A DNA stretch of 64,000 nucleotides, taken from NCBI GenBank assembly GCA_038087875.1, contig CM075990.1:868001-932000 (forward strand), in the 5' to 3' direction. The notes below the pieces were generated by a model. It saw only the letters and a program-made list of their open reading frames with translations, did not search any database and had not been told where the DNA came from. The stretch comes from Malacoraja senta. Its lineage: Eukaryota. Numbering within the stretch: position 1 is the stretch's first letter; every line of letters starts with the position of its first letter. This document shows, one piece after another, positions 1-12,182 of this stretch. The position numbers were made by a program, and so were the translations under genes.

Positions 1-1659
1 TCTAACATCGGTAGTGGGGAAAACTGCTAGAGTCAGTTATTAAAGATGGGACAGCAGCACATTTGGAAAGTGATGAAATCATTGGACAAAGTCAGCATGG
101 ATTTATGAAAGGTAAATCATGTCTGACGAATCTTATAGAATTTTTTCAGGATGTAACTAGTAGAGTGGATAAGGGAGAACCAGTGGATGTATTATATCTG
201 GACTTTCAGAACGCTTTCGACAAGGTCCCACATAAGAGATTAGTATACAAACTTAAAGCACACGGTATTGGGGGTTCAGTATTGATGTGGATAGAGAACT
301 GGCTGACAGACAGGAAGCAAAGAGTAGGAGTAAACAGGTCCGTTTCAGAATGGCAGGCAGTGACTAGTGGGGTACCGCAAGGCTCAGTGCTGGGACCCCA
401 GCTATTTACAATATATATTAATGATTTGGACGAGGGAATTGAATGCAACATCTCCAAGTTTGCGGATGACACAAAGCTGGGGGGCAGTGTTAGCTGTGAG
501 GAGGATGCTAGGAGGCTGCAAAGTGACTTGGATAGGTTGGGTGAGTGGGCAAATGCATGGCAGATGCAGTATAATGTGGATAAATGTGAGGTTATCCACT
601 TTGGTGGCAAAAACAGGAAAGTAGACTATTATCTGAATGGTGGCCGATAAGGAAAAGGGGAGATGTAACGAGACCTGGGTGTCATGGTACACCAGTCATT
701 GAAAGTAGGCATGCAGGTGCAGCAGGCAGTGAAGAAAGTGAATGGTATGTTAGCATTCATAGCAAAAGGATTTGAGTATAACATTGAGTATAACATTGAG
801 TTAGCATTCATAGCAAAAGGATTTGAAACCTCAAATTGTGTTTCTTATTTTCTTTTTGTGCTTTTGTAATTGAATTCTGTCCTTGATTTGTGTATTGTGG
901 TGTTTTTATATTTAATTTACTCCGATTATGTGTTTTGTATTTTTGTGATTTTATGCCTTGTAAGGTGCCCTTGCGTCTTAGAAAGGCACCAGCAAATAAA
1001 ATGAATTATTATTATTATTATTATTATTATTATAGGAGCAGGGAGGTTCTACTGCAGTTGTACAGGGTCTTGGTGAGTCCACACCTGGAGTATTGCGTAC
1101 AGTTTTGGTCTCCTAATCTGAGGAAAGACATTCTTGCCATAGAGGGAGTACGGAGAAGGTTCACCAGACCGATTCCTGGGATGTCAGGACTTTCATATGA
1201 AGAAAGACTGGATAGACACGGCTTGTACTCGCTAGAATTTAGAAGATTGAGGGGGGATCTTATAGAAACGTACAAAATTCTTAAGGGGTTGGACAGGCTA
1301 GATGCAGGAGTTTTTTGTTCCCGATGTTGGGGAAGTCCAGAACAAGGGGTCACAGTTTAAGGATAAGGGGGGAAGTCTTTTAGGACCGAGATGAGACAAA
1401 CATTTTTCACACAGAGTGTGGTGAATCTCTGGAATTCTCTGCCACAGAAGGTAGTTGAGGCCAGTTCATTGGCTATATTTAAGAAGGAGTTAGATGTGGC
1501 CCTTGTGGCTAAAGGGATCAGGGGGTATGGAGAAAGGCAGGTACAGGATACTGAGTTGGATGATCAGCCATGATCATATTGAATGGCGGTGCAGGCTCGA
1601 AGGGCCGAATGGCCTACTCCTGCACCTATTTTCTATGTTTCTATATTCTATGTTTCTAT
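1..1659 (+). mobile_element. CR1-clade LINE, 3' part (RT domain to 3' tail), disrupted
   Basis: ORF 63-650 has RT motifs ([29 protein letters not shown]). There are premature stops and an insertion at ~781-1030. It ends with the CR1 3' stem-loop region and a TTTCTATG-type tail. Confidence 0.93.
781..1030 (+). mobile_element. Short 3' end of an L2-like LINE with (TAT)n tail inserted into the CR1
   Basis: TGTAAGGTGCCCTT...AAAGGCACC stem, then AATAAAATG, then (TAT)n. The CR1 reading gagtata/ggagcaggg resumes after it. Confidence 0.6.
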
Positions 1660-3710
1660 GAGTGGCCAGGAGACTGGTGTTTCAGTGGAAGAACAGGTTG
1701 TAGATAGTGATCATAACTGTATACTTTTCAAGAATGTTTTGAATACGAAGAAGGCTGGACCAAGCGGAAGATGCTAAATTGGAGTAAGGCAAATTACAAT
1801 GTTATTAGGCAGATGTTCAGAGTACATCTGGAGCAACTGTTATTGAATAAGTCCACAGTTCAGTTTCGGTTTAGTTTCTTGTCACGTTTACAGTGAAAAG
1901 CTTTTGTTACGTGCTAACCAGTCAGCAGAAAGACAATACATGATTACAATCAATTCCTTTCCAGTGTATAAACTTTAAGAGTGTGGAGCGATTGTAATAT
2001 GAGTTTGTAGATCTGCTTCGGTTGCTAGCATCTTGGAAGACAATTCTGATCTGTGGGAGTTGTTCAAAGGCCAGTTAATTGATGTGCAGAACCAGCATGT
2101 CCCAGTAAGGAAGTAAGATAAAGGGCCTGTCCCACTTACGCGACCTTTACAGGCGACTGCTGGCACCCGTGATAGGTCGCCAACATTTTTAACATGTTTA
2201 CAAGCAGTATGGTTGTGAGAGGTCTCCTATGGTTGTGAGAGGTCACCCGCGACATGTCACCAGGGGTCGTCTGTATGGTCGTGCGAGGTCTCCTATGGTC
2301 GTGAGAAGTCTCCAAAGAGTCGTAGCGTCTTTCTGGTCGACGCTGAATTTTCAACATGTTGAAAATTTTGGTGACCTATCACGGGTGCTGGCAGTCGCCT
2401 GTAAAGGTCGCGTAAGTGGGACAGGCCCTTAAGGATGACAATTTAAGAGAACCTTGGATGACCAAAGAGGTTAAAACTTGATCAAGATGTAAAAGGAAGC
2501 ACATGTTATACTTAAGAGGTTGCAATTAGGCAGGCCCATTTAGCAATATAAAGAAAGGGGGAAAGAACTCAAGCAGTCAATTAGAAGGGGCAAAAGGGGC
2601 CAAAAATGGCTATGGTGAGACAGATTAAAGAAAATTCCAAAGCTTTTTATACCTCCATTAAAAGCAAGAGGATAACCAGGGAGAAGGTAGGACCATTCAA
2701 GGATACATGAGAGAATTTGTGCTTAGTGTCTGAGGATGTAGGCGAGGTACTAAACAAGTACTTTGCATCTGTTTTCACCAAGGAGAAAGACATGGAGGAC
2801 AGTGAGATCAGTATGGAAAATATTAATTTTCAAGGGCAATTTGAGATGAAGAAGGAGGAGGTGCTGGGGCTCAGGAAGAGCATTAATGTGGATAAATCCC
2901 CAGGAACCGATGGGATTTTTTGCCAGTTTAATGAGAAAGGCAACAAAGGAGATTGCGGGAGCTTTGATGAAGATTTTTGCATCTTCTCTATCCACAGGCC
3001 AGGTCCCACAGGACTGGAGACTAATTATTCTTGTCCTTTATTTAAGAAGGGAAGAGAGTATCCAGGTAATTATAGGCCGGTGATACTCACATCAATGGCG
3101 GCGAAACTATCGGAGAGGGTTCTTTGGGATAGGAATCATTTCCATTTGGAAGAGACCATCAGCATGAATTTGTACATGGAAGGTCGAGTCTTACTATCGT
3201 GATCAAATTTTTTGAGGAAAGGATGAAGGTCATTGGTGTGGGTAGGGTGGCGGATGTTGTCTACATGGATTTTACATCAGTAAGGCATTTAATAAAATCC
3301 CCCATTGTTGCAGAAGATTAAGATGCATGGGGTTAATAGTGACTTGTTCATTTGGATTCAGATCTGGCTCACTGAGAGAAGACAGAGTGTTGTGGTCAAG
3401 GACAATTTCAGGCTGAAGATAACCAGTGACCAGTGGAGTTCCGCAGGGATCTGTGCTGGCACCGCTGCTGTTTATGATATATATAAATGACATGGATGTA
3501 AACGTGCATGGGTTGGTTAATAAATTTTCAGATGACACCATTATTGCTTAAGTCATTGTCTGTGAGGAAGGCTGTCAAAGTATACAGCGGGATGTAGATC
3601 AGCTTCAGAAATGGGCGAAGGAGTTCAATCTGAGCAAAGTGAGAGGTGTTGTATTTTGGGAGCTCAAATATAAGAGGAAAATAAAAGTAATGGAGATACC
3701 CTTAAAAGGG
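1660..3710 (+). mobile_element. Old, heavily decayed CR1-clade LINE ORF2 remnant
   Basis: Broken frames give SDHNC, LNKYFASVFTKE, DKSPGTDG and PGNYRPV, plus RT-like pieces. Confidence 0.8.
2122..2429. mobile_element. PIF/Harbinger-type MITE
   Basis: Long terminal inverted repeats (AGGGCCTGTCCCACTTACGCGACCTTTACAGGCGACTGC...), flanked by TAA at 2119-2121 and 2430-2432. Confidence 0.85.
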
Positions 3711-4331
3711 GAAATAATCATATACTAGAACCCATACCATCCTGCACCTTTCCTATCCATGTACCTGTCCAAATGTCTTTAAATGTTGTTTTATTACCTG
3801 CCTCAACTACCTCCTCTGGCAGCTTGTTCCATACACGCACAAGCCTTTGTGTGAAAAATGAGCCCCAATAAGTTCCTATTAAATCTTTCCCCTCTCACCT
3901 TAAACCTATGTCCTCTGGGTCTTGAATCCCCTACTAAAAGACTTTGTGCATTCACCCTCTCTATCTCCCTCATTGTTCCTCTGCCTCCCTGTCCAGCTTT
4001 GGGTAGACCTCAATGCTGGACCTGCTCTCTTCAGTCACAGCCCATAAGCTGGAAGAAAGATCACTTAATTCAACGACCAAATATTTTTCTATTTTAAAAC
4101 ATTGAAACGGCAAAAACAGTTTGTGCGGTATGACCAGGTATGTTTTGTATTCTATAACCGTGCTGATATTGTTGGTGTGTAAGGAACCCCGTGTATAAAT
4201 GAATTGTTCTGGACCTTTTCTGAGTATAAACCCCTTCATGAGTATATGATATCAATCCTTTCTATACAATGAATATTTTTTTGGTAATTGAACAACAGGA
4301 AGATAAAATAACTCAATAAAACTGCTTGATC

Positions 4332-4623
4332 TAGTTTAGTTTTTAGTTTTAGAGATACAGCGCGGAAACAGGCCCTTCGGCCTACCGAGTCTGCACAGAC
4401 CAGAGATCCCTGCACGTTAACACTATCCTACACTAGGGACAATTTATATTTATACCAAGCCAATTAACCCACAAACTTGTACATCTTTGGAGTGTGGGCG
4501 GGAAACCGAAGTTCTCGTAGAAAACCAACACAGATTACAACAGGATCCTGTAGCCAGGATCAAACCTGGGTCTCTGGCACTGTAAGCACTTTGAAACAGC
4601 GACTCGACCACTGCGCCACCGTG
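4332..4623 (-). mobile_element. tRNA-derived SINE (V-SINE/HE1-like)
   Basis: The reverse strand reads GCACGGTGGCGCAGTGG (A-box-like head), then the shared core ...CCCACACTCCAAAGA..., then a LINE-like 3' end with (CTAAA)n. Homologous to 57765-58057. Confidence 0.75.
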
Positions 4624-5294
4624 CAGACTATTAAAGACGTATCAAACTTTGTAGAACTTTGGAATTCTCCAGGACCTCAGAAATAGCGTTTCCCAGATCA
4701 GGTTTTATCCCCTGCCTCAGAAATCAGTTCCTGCCTCGACATTTTATTGCAATGGATTAGAGATCGTGGTTTGTACATGAATAATAATCAGCCTCTTATC
4801 ATATATATCACCAGCCTCTTGAGCTCAGCCTCTTATGTTTGTAGTGTTTTATGTCATTCCACGTTTTCTCCCCTTATGCATGCAGAGATTTCATGAAGTC
4901 ACAGATTGATTTGCAGTGTGCAGTTTGTTTTCTCAAAATTACCTTAACCCCTTGGTGCCAATATTCTGCAAAAAAGCGTGGACCAAAAACACTTTTATTT
5001 TGATTATCTTTGGGAAGTTATTCTCTGAGAAATGATATAGAGTGTACATAATAGTTCTGCTCAGTTTTGGTCTGCTGTAGGAAAGGGGTTGTTAAGTTGG
5101 AAAGAGTGCAGAGATTTAAAGAATGATGCAGAGAAGAATGTTGCAGAGAAAGATTTAATAGGAATCTGAGTCATAAATTCATAGAATGATAGTCACACTG
5201 CACGGAAACAGGCCATTCAACCCAACTTGTCCATGCCAGCGAAGATGCTGCATCTACACTAGTCCCACCAGTCCATATTAGACCCATATTGTTT

Positions 5295-5545
5295 CCCTTG
5301 AGAACACACCTTCCCTAGCCATCAATGGACCTGAGGTCATTTGTGGATGGCCCTGGTCTTTTCTCGCCTCCAGCTCTTCACCTCCCCTCCCCCCCACCCC
5401 TACTTTCAATCTGAAGAAGGGTCCCAACCCGAAAAACATCACCCCTCCTTTTTCTCCAAAGATGCAGCTTGACCCATTGAGTTATGCCAGCACTTTGTGT
5501 CTATCTTTGGTATAGACCAGCATCTGCAGTTCCTTGTTTCTACAC
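5295..5545 (+). mobile_element. Penelope-like element 3' UTR/pLTR remnant with hammerhead-like motif
   Basis: CTGAAGAAGGGTCCCAACCCGAAAA at 5411, followed by the arm shared with 58889-59255 and other copies. Confidence 0.6.
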
Positions 5546-6949
5546 TTTATTTCTATAAACTTATATCCCCTGGTTCTTGATTCATCTACTGCGGGCAGAG
5601 TAGGCTCTGTACATTTACCCTATCTATTCACCTCATGTTATTATACATCTCTAAACCACTCCTCATCCTCCTGCACTCCTGCATCTTCTCACATTGTTTC
5701 CAGCTTAACGACATCACTCCTGGAGCAAGCTGACCAAAATTGAATGCAATACTCCAAATGTGACCTCACCAATGTCGTGCACAGCTGTAATGCAACGTCC
5801 CAACTCAATACCCTGACTGATGGAGGCCAAAGTACCGAAAACCTTCTTGATCATCCTGTCTACCTTTGATGCCACTCTCAAGGGACCATGGACCTCCACT
5901 CCAGGACTCATCTGCCCTACAACACTCCCTGCCATTGACTGTGAAGGTCCTGCACTGGTTTGACTCGCACCTATCTGCATTAAACTCCATTAACCGTTCC
6001 TCAACCCCTTGCCCAACGGATTAAGATCCTGCTGTCGATGCGGAGGCGACATTCCACTAAACATCTGCACAAAACGTTGTGCCAGTTGGGAACGAAGCAA
6101 GTCAAAGACGTTTGTGGTTTCTGTGATTTGATTGTCAGGGCAATGCTATGTCAGCTTAGACAATTAAATGTAGTTGTTCTGCAGTCTGACTGAACTTGGG
6201 AAAAGACAGGTAAATGGGATTAGGAGGCAGAGATCAGCCACGATTAAATGGCGGAGTAGAGTCGATGGGCCGTATGACCTAATTCTACTCCTACAACTTG
6301 TGAACTGTGACCTTGTGAACACTGAGTCCCTGCGGGTTAAATAGCTTCAACTGAGAATTGTAAGTGCATTTTTTCCTTGCTGGACTCCTGGGTGACAGGG
6401 TAAGGATTCTTCTGAGCAAGACTTGCTTTGTTAGTCTAAAAGCAATCGTGTATTCTGTAGTGTCCCGACCCGAAACATCACCTGTCCATGTTCTCCAGAG
6501 ATGTTGCCTGACCTACTGAGTTACTCCAGCACTTTGTGTCTTTTTATTTATTTATCCCAGGATGTGATTATCAGTAGAATGGCTGAGGGTGAAAGGAATT
6601 AAATTTCATGAGCCACTTTACAATCCAAGCAAACAATATGCATCTCCAGTTGTTGATAAATATCCAGAAATTCAAAATACCTTAGCAAAAGCTAAATGTC
6701 AATTCAAGTGTCAAGAGAATCAAGTGTGATTTTACTTCGGAGTCACGTGAGTGACTACGTGAAGAACCCATCAGCACGCATGCGCGTCATATCGTCTAAC
6801 GCATTGCGCAACGACGGGCTGGGGGAGCGTTGCTCCACTAGCGGTCAAACATGAAGGTAAGTTTTTTAAACTTTTTCCAGGCCTGTTTTCTCCTTGCAGG
6901 AAGCTCTTTACAGAGTTCCTGCTGGAGACATTCCAGGGTTGAAATCCTG

Positions 6950-7430
6950 GCTCCACCAGGCTCCCTTCTACAGGGACCGAGGGGGAATTCCGACTGCAAA
7001 ATCGCGGGGATATCAGGTCGGGGAAAGCCCGACCGCAGACTTCGCGGGGAAGCCCTTCTTCAGGGACCGCGAGGGAATCCCGGCTGCAAGAATCACTGGA
7101 GGGATTCCGGCTCGGGTGAAGCCCGACCACAGACATCACGGGAAAGCCCTTCTTCAAGGACCGCGAGGAAATCCCGGCTGCGGAAACAGCAGGTATAACC
7201 GACTTGGGGATACCCGACAGAATGCCGGCTGCAACAACCGTGGGGATACCCGGCTCAGGTAGCCCGGCTGCGGGGACCGCTGAATCCAGCTTCGGGGACC
7301 GTGGGAAGACCGCGGGTAACCCGGCTCGGGGGGGAGAGACCTCGGCTACAGGGACCCGTGTGGAAGACACGGCTATGGACCGCGGAAGTGCGGGTAGCCG
7401 GCGGCGACTGCAGACTCCGGCAGCCCGCAG
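6950..7430 (+). repeat. GC-rich degenerate tandem repeats in the DIRS gag region
   Basis: Recurrent CAGGGACCGCGAGGGAATCCCGGCTGC-like units. Confidence 0.7.
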
Positions 7431-8803
7431 AGGGTAAGAGCCTAACAGAGTCTGAAAGGCCTAGACTGAAGTCAGGCCAGGAGGGTTCCCCTCCAATATG
7501 GGTATGTCCTCGGACGTTTTTACCCAGATGGAGCTTGGATAGCGTCCACAGGGCGTTCATCCCACTAAGATAATGCTCCATCCTCATATGGTCCATGGAA
7601 ATCTCCCTATCTGTGAAGGTGAGTGCGAGGGGTCAGTTGGTAACTGACTCCAAACTCAGATGTATGTCAGGGGATCATATTGGAGTACATACGTGAGGTT
7701 CCAGAAATTTATGTCATGGCATCAAGGGTTGCGATATCCTCGCAAACGAAGGAGCTCCTGCTGGAAAAGTTGACTTCTAGCCATTGGCAGAAAACCCGGA
7801 GGGGCCAGAGTTCCCCTCATGGAGCAGCAGCTACCTCACATCACATCATTATAGGAACATGTGAAAGGGTTCCTGAAAGTGCCAGCAGTGAACAGCGCTA
7901 TCTGGGGTGTTATTGGTGGCAGCATGAACCCAGTAATGTCCAGCCACCAAATTTTCTCTTCACGGGGAAAAACCTGTTCAAACAGGTAAGACCAGGATGA
8001 GGAAACAAAAGCTGTCGGACTAATCAAAGTACCAACGACAAGCAAAGCTTCATTGTGTCAGGGACAACACACCCCACGCCTTCATCGGCAGGAAGCGGTT
8101 CACTGAAGCTGGTGGCAGGTTGAAAGCTGAGCGCAGGTCTTTTAGGCCAATGCCCAAAACCAGCCCTAAGGGAAAATATGGGATCCACGTACACCAGGAG
8201 TCCTACTATCCAAATCAAGGACGGAAATAGAACCTGCATCAGGGGCCTTTGGGCTTACCATAAAACCACCGATAACCATGAAGGTAGGTGGGTCTGGTTC
8301 TTTCCGAAACATGGGGTATGTGGACCATTTACAAGTGGGTAATATTTACACTTGTTTTTGTACAGATGGCAATGATAACATAAGATTCAGTTCTGTTTAT
8401 AATTAAAATGATAACATGAGATTAGTTTATACTGCACAGTATACAAGCGAGACAGGCACAGAATTTGGCCAGAGTTCTCGGAAATATGGCTGGAGTTGCC
8501 TTTCAAGGCAGGCTCGCAATTATGCTAGATGTGGCCTGTTCATTGTCAACAGGTTCAACTCACATGTGCAGTATAGACATTTCTGAATAGGAAACTTCAT
8601 GACTGTTTAACTTCCATGGGATCAGTTTCCATTCACGGCACCAGAGATATTTGAAATTTAGCTGGATGGGGTTAAAAGCGTTGCAAAATGTGCTAACTTC
8701 TAGCTCCCAGGTTATTTACGAAACTATTAAAACCAGTGCTTTGGCTGCTTAAAGCTAGAAAACAAATTGTTATGACCTATCGACTGGCCTTGACAGCCAG
8801 GAT

Positions 8804-11800
8804 GATACATAGATACATAGATACATAGAAATTAGGTGCAGGAGTAGGCCATTCGGCCCTTCGAGCCTGCACCGCCATTCAATACGATCATGGCTGATCA
8901 TCCAACTCAGTATCCCGTACCTGCCTTCTCTCCATACCCCCTGATCCCTTTAGCCACAAGGGCCACATCTAATTCCCTCTTAAATATAGCCAATGAACTG
9001 GCCTCAACTACCCTCTGTGGCAGAGAGTTCCAGAGATTCACCACTCTCTGTGTGAAAAAGTTTTTCCTCATCTCGGTCTTAAAGGATTTTCCCCTTATCC
9101 TTAAGCTGTGACCCCTTGTCCTGGACTTCCCCAACATCGGGAACAATCTTCCTGCATCTAGCCTGTCCAACCCCATAAGAATCTTGTACGTTTCTATAAG
9201 ATCCCCTCTCAATCTCCTAAATTCTAGCGAGTATAAGCCAAGTCTATCCAGTCTTTCTTCATATGAAAGTCCTGACATCCCAGGAATCAGTCTGGTGAAC
9301 CTTCTCTGCACTCCCTCTATGGCTATAATGTCCTTCCTCAGATTTGGAGACCAAAACTGTACGCAATACTCCAGGTGTGGTCTCACCAAGACCCTGTACA
9401 ACTGCAGTAGAACCTCACTGCTCCTATACTCAAATCCTCTTGCTATGAAGGCCAACATACCATTCGCTTTCTTCACTGCCTGCTGCACCTGCATGCCTAC
9501 TTTCAATGACTGGTGTACCATGACACCCAGGTCTCGCTGCATCTCCCCATTTCCTAATCGGACACCATTTAGATAATAGTCTGCCTTCCCGTTTTTGCTA
9601 CCAAAGTGGATAACCTCACATTTATCCACATTATACTGCATCTGCCAAACATTTGCCCACTCACCCAGCCTATCCAAGTCACCTTGCAGTCTCCTAGCAT
9701 CCTCCTCACAGCTAACACTGCCCCCCAGCTTAGTGTCATCCGCAAACTTGGAGATGTTGCTTTCAATTCCCTCGTCCAGATCATTAATATAAATTGTAAA
9801 TAGCTGGGGTCCCAGCACTGAGCCTTGTGGTACCCCACTAGTCACTGCCTGCCATTGTGAAAAGGACCCGTTTACTCCTACTCTTTGCTTCCTGTTTGCC
9901 AGCCAGTTCTCTATCCACATCAATACTGAACCCCCAATACCGTGTGATTTAAGTTTGTATCCTAATCTCTTATGTGGTACCTTGTCGAAAGCCTTCTGAA
10001 AGTCCAGATACAACACATCCACTGGTTCTCCCCTATCCACTCTACTAGTTACATCCTCGAAAAATTCTATAAGATTCGTCAGACACGATTTACCTTTCGT
10101 AAATCCATGCTGACTTTGTCCAATGATTTCACCACTTTCCAAATGTGCTGCTATCCCATCTTTAATAACTGACTCTAGCAGTTTCCCCACTACCGATGTT
10201 AGACTAACTGGTCTGTAATTCCCCGTTTTCTCTCTCTCTCCCTTCTTAAAAAGTGGGGTTACGTTTGCTACCCTCCAATCCTCAGGAACTACTCCAGAAT
10301 CTAAAGAGTTTTGAAAAATTATCACTAATGCATCCACTATTTCTGGAGCTACTTCCTTAAGTACTCTGGGATGCAGCCTATCTGGCCCTGGTGATTTATC
10401 GGCCTTTAATCCATTCAATTTACCCAACACCACTTCCCGACTAACCTGGATTTCACTCAGTTCCTCCATCTCCTTTGACCCGCGGCCCCCTGCTATTTCC
10501 GGCAGATTATTTATGTCTTCCTTAGTGAAGATGGAACCAAAGTAGTTATTCAATTGGTCTGCCATATCCTTGTTCCCCATGATCAATTCACCTGTTTCTG
10601 ACTGCAAGGGACCTACATTTGATTTAACTAATCTCTTTCTCTTCACATATCTATAAAAACTTTTGCAGTCAGTTTTTATGTTCCCTGCCAGTTTCCTTTC
10701 ATAATCTATTTTCCCTTTCCTAATTAAGCCCTTTGTCCTCCTCTGCTGGTCTCTGAATTTCTCCCAGTCCTCTGGTATGCTGCTTTTTCTGGCTAATTTG
10801 TACGCATCATCTTTTGCTTTGATACTATCCCTGATTTCCCTTGTTATCCACGGATGCACTACCTTCCTTGATTTATTCTTTTGCCAAACTGGGATGAACA
10901 ATTTTTGTAGTTCATCCATGCAGTCTTTAAATGCCTTCCATTGCATATCCACCGTCAACCCTTTTAGAACTAATTGCCAGTCAATCTTGGCCAATTCACG
11001 TCTCATACCCTCAAAGTTACCTTTCTTTAAGTTCAGAACCGTTGTTTCTGAATTAACAATGTCACTCTCCATCCTAATGAAGAACTCAACCATATTATGA
11101 TCACTCTTGCCCAAGGGGGCACGCACAACGAGTCTGCTAACTAACCCTTCCTCATTACTCAATACCCAGTCTAGAATAGCCTGCTCTCTCGTTGGTTCCT
11201 CTACATGTTGGTTTAGATAACTATCCCTCATACATTCCAAGAAATCCTCTTCCTCAGCACCCCTGCCAATTTGATTCACCCAATCTATATGTAGATTGAA
11301 GTCACCCATTATAACTGTTTTGCCTTTGTTGCACGCATTTCTAATTTCCTGTTTGATGCCATCCCCAACTTCACTACTACTGCTAGGTGGCCTGTACACA
11401 ACGCCCACCAGCGTTTTCTGCCCCTTAGTGTTTCGCAGCTCTACCCATACCGATTCCACATCCTCCAAGCTAATGTCCTTCCTTTCCACTGCGTTAATCT
11501 CCTCTCTAACCAGCAATGCCACCCCACCTCCTTTTCCTTTCTCTCTATCCCTCCTGAATATTGAATATCCCTGGATGTTAAGCTCCCAGCCTTGGTCACC
11601 TTGGAGCCATGTCTCCGTGATCCCAACTATATCATAATCATTAATTGCTATCTGCACGTTCAACTCATCCACCTTATTACGAATGCTCCTTGCATTGAGA
11701 CACAAAGCCTTCAGACTTGTTTTTACAACGCTCTTACCCCTTATACAATTATGTTGAAAAGTGGCTCTTTTTGATTTTTGTCCTGGATTTGTCTGCCTGC

Positions 11801-12182
11801 CACTTTTACCTTTCACCTTGCTACCTATTGCTTCCGCCCGCATTTTACACCCCTCTGTTTCTCTGCTCACCCATTTAAGAACCCCACCACCTCTTATTCT
11901 CTGTTTATTATTGTTTTCTTCTTTCCCCCCTACATGTTGGGTCTGAGTGCTTTCCTTCTCTGCCTCCTGCCTCACACACTGTCTAATAGCATTCTCTATT
12001 TGAGTCCCTCCCCCCAACCATTCTAGTTTAAAGTCTCCCCAGTAGCCTTTGCAGATCTCCCCGCCAGGATATCGGTCCCCCTCAGGTTCAAGTGCAACCC
12101 ATCCTTTTTGTACAGGTCGAACCTTCCACAAAAGAAGTCCCAATGATCCAGAAATTTGAATCCCTGCCTTCTGCACCAGTCC
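8804..12182 (-). mobile_element. Young 5'-truncated CR1 LINE inserted in the DIRS RT region
   Basis: (GATACATA)n tail at 8804-8828. Nearly identical to 30235-33610 in reverse orientation. Confidence 0.95.
8907..12176 (-). CDS. CR1 ORF2: APE endonuclease plus reverse transcriptase, uninterrupted frame
   Basis: 1089-aa open frame with NARS, GITETW, GVVYRPP, MGDFN and SDHN (APE), and [21 protein letters not shown] and FADD (RT). The true start is uncertain. Confidence 0.93.
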   Translation of the reverse strand: MQKAGIQISGSLGLLLWKVRPVQKGWVALEPEGDRYPGGEICKGYWGDFKLEWLGGGTQIENAIRQCVRQEAEKESTQTQHVGGKEENNNKQRIRGGGVLKWVSRETEGCKMRAEAIGSKVKGKSGRQTNPGQKSKRATFQHNCIRGKSVVKTSLKALCLNARSIRNKVDELNVQIAINDYDIVGITETWLQGDQGWELNIQGYSIFRRDREKGKGGGVALLVREEINAVERKDISLEDVESVWVELRNTKGQKTLVGVVYRPPSSSSEVGDGIKQEIRNACNKGKTVIMGDFNLHIDWVNQIGRGAEEEDFLECMRDSYLNQHVEEPTREQAILDWVLSNEEGLVSRLVVRAPLGKSDHNMVEFFIRMESDIVNSETTVLNLKKGNFEGMRRELAKIDWQLVLKGLTVDMQWKAFKDCMDELQKLFIPVWQKNKSRKVVHPWITREIRDSIKAKDDAYKLARKSSIPEDWEKFRDQQRRTKGLIRKGKIDYERKLAGNIKTDCKSFYRYVKRKRLVKSNVGPLQSETGELIMGNKDMADQLNNYFGSIFTKEDINNLPEIAGGRGSKEMEELSEIQVSREVVLGKLNGLKADKSPGPDRLHPRVLKEVAPEIVDALVIIFQNSLDSGVVPEDWRVANVTPLFKKGEREKTGNYRPVSLTSVVGKLLESVIKDGIAAHLESGEIIGQSQHGFTKGKSCLTNLIEFFEDVTSRVDRGEPVDVLYLDFQKAFDKVPHKRLGYKLKSHGIGGSVLMWIENWLANRKQRVGVNGSFSQWQAVTSGVPQGSVLGPQLFTIYINDLDEGIESNISKFADDTKLGGSVSCEEDARRLQGDLDRLGEWANVWQMQYNVDKCEVIHFGSKNGKADYYLNGVRLGNGEMQRDLGVMVHQSLKVGMQVQQAVKKANGMLAFIARGFEYRSSEVLLQLYRVLVRPHLEYCVQFWSPNLRKDIIAIEGVQRRFTRLIPGMSGLSYEERLDRLGLYSLEFRRLRGDLIETYKILMGLDRLDAGRLFPMLGKSRTRGHSLRIRGKSFKTEMRKNFFTQRVVNLWNSLPQRVVEASSLAIFKRELDVALVAKGIRGYGEKAGTGY

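Noticed and set aside
9184..11946. Recurrent antisense ORFs over CR1 ORF2 (MYVSIRSP..., MPPKWITS...)
   Set aside because: Shadow frames that repeat only because the LINE copies are homologous.
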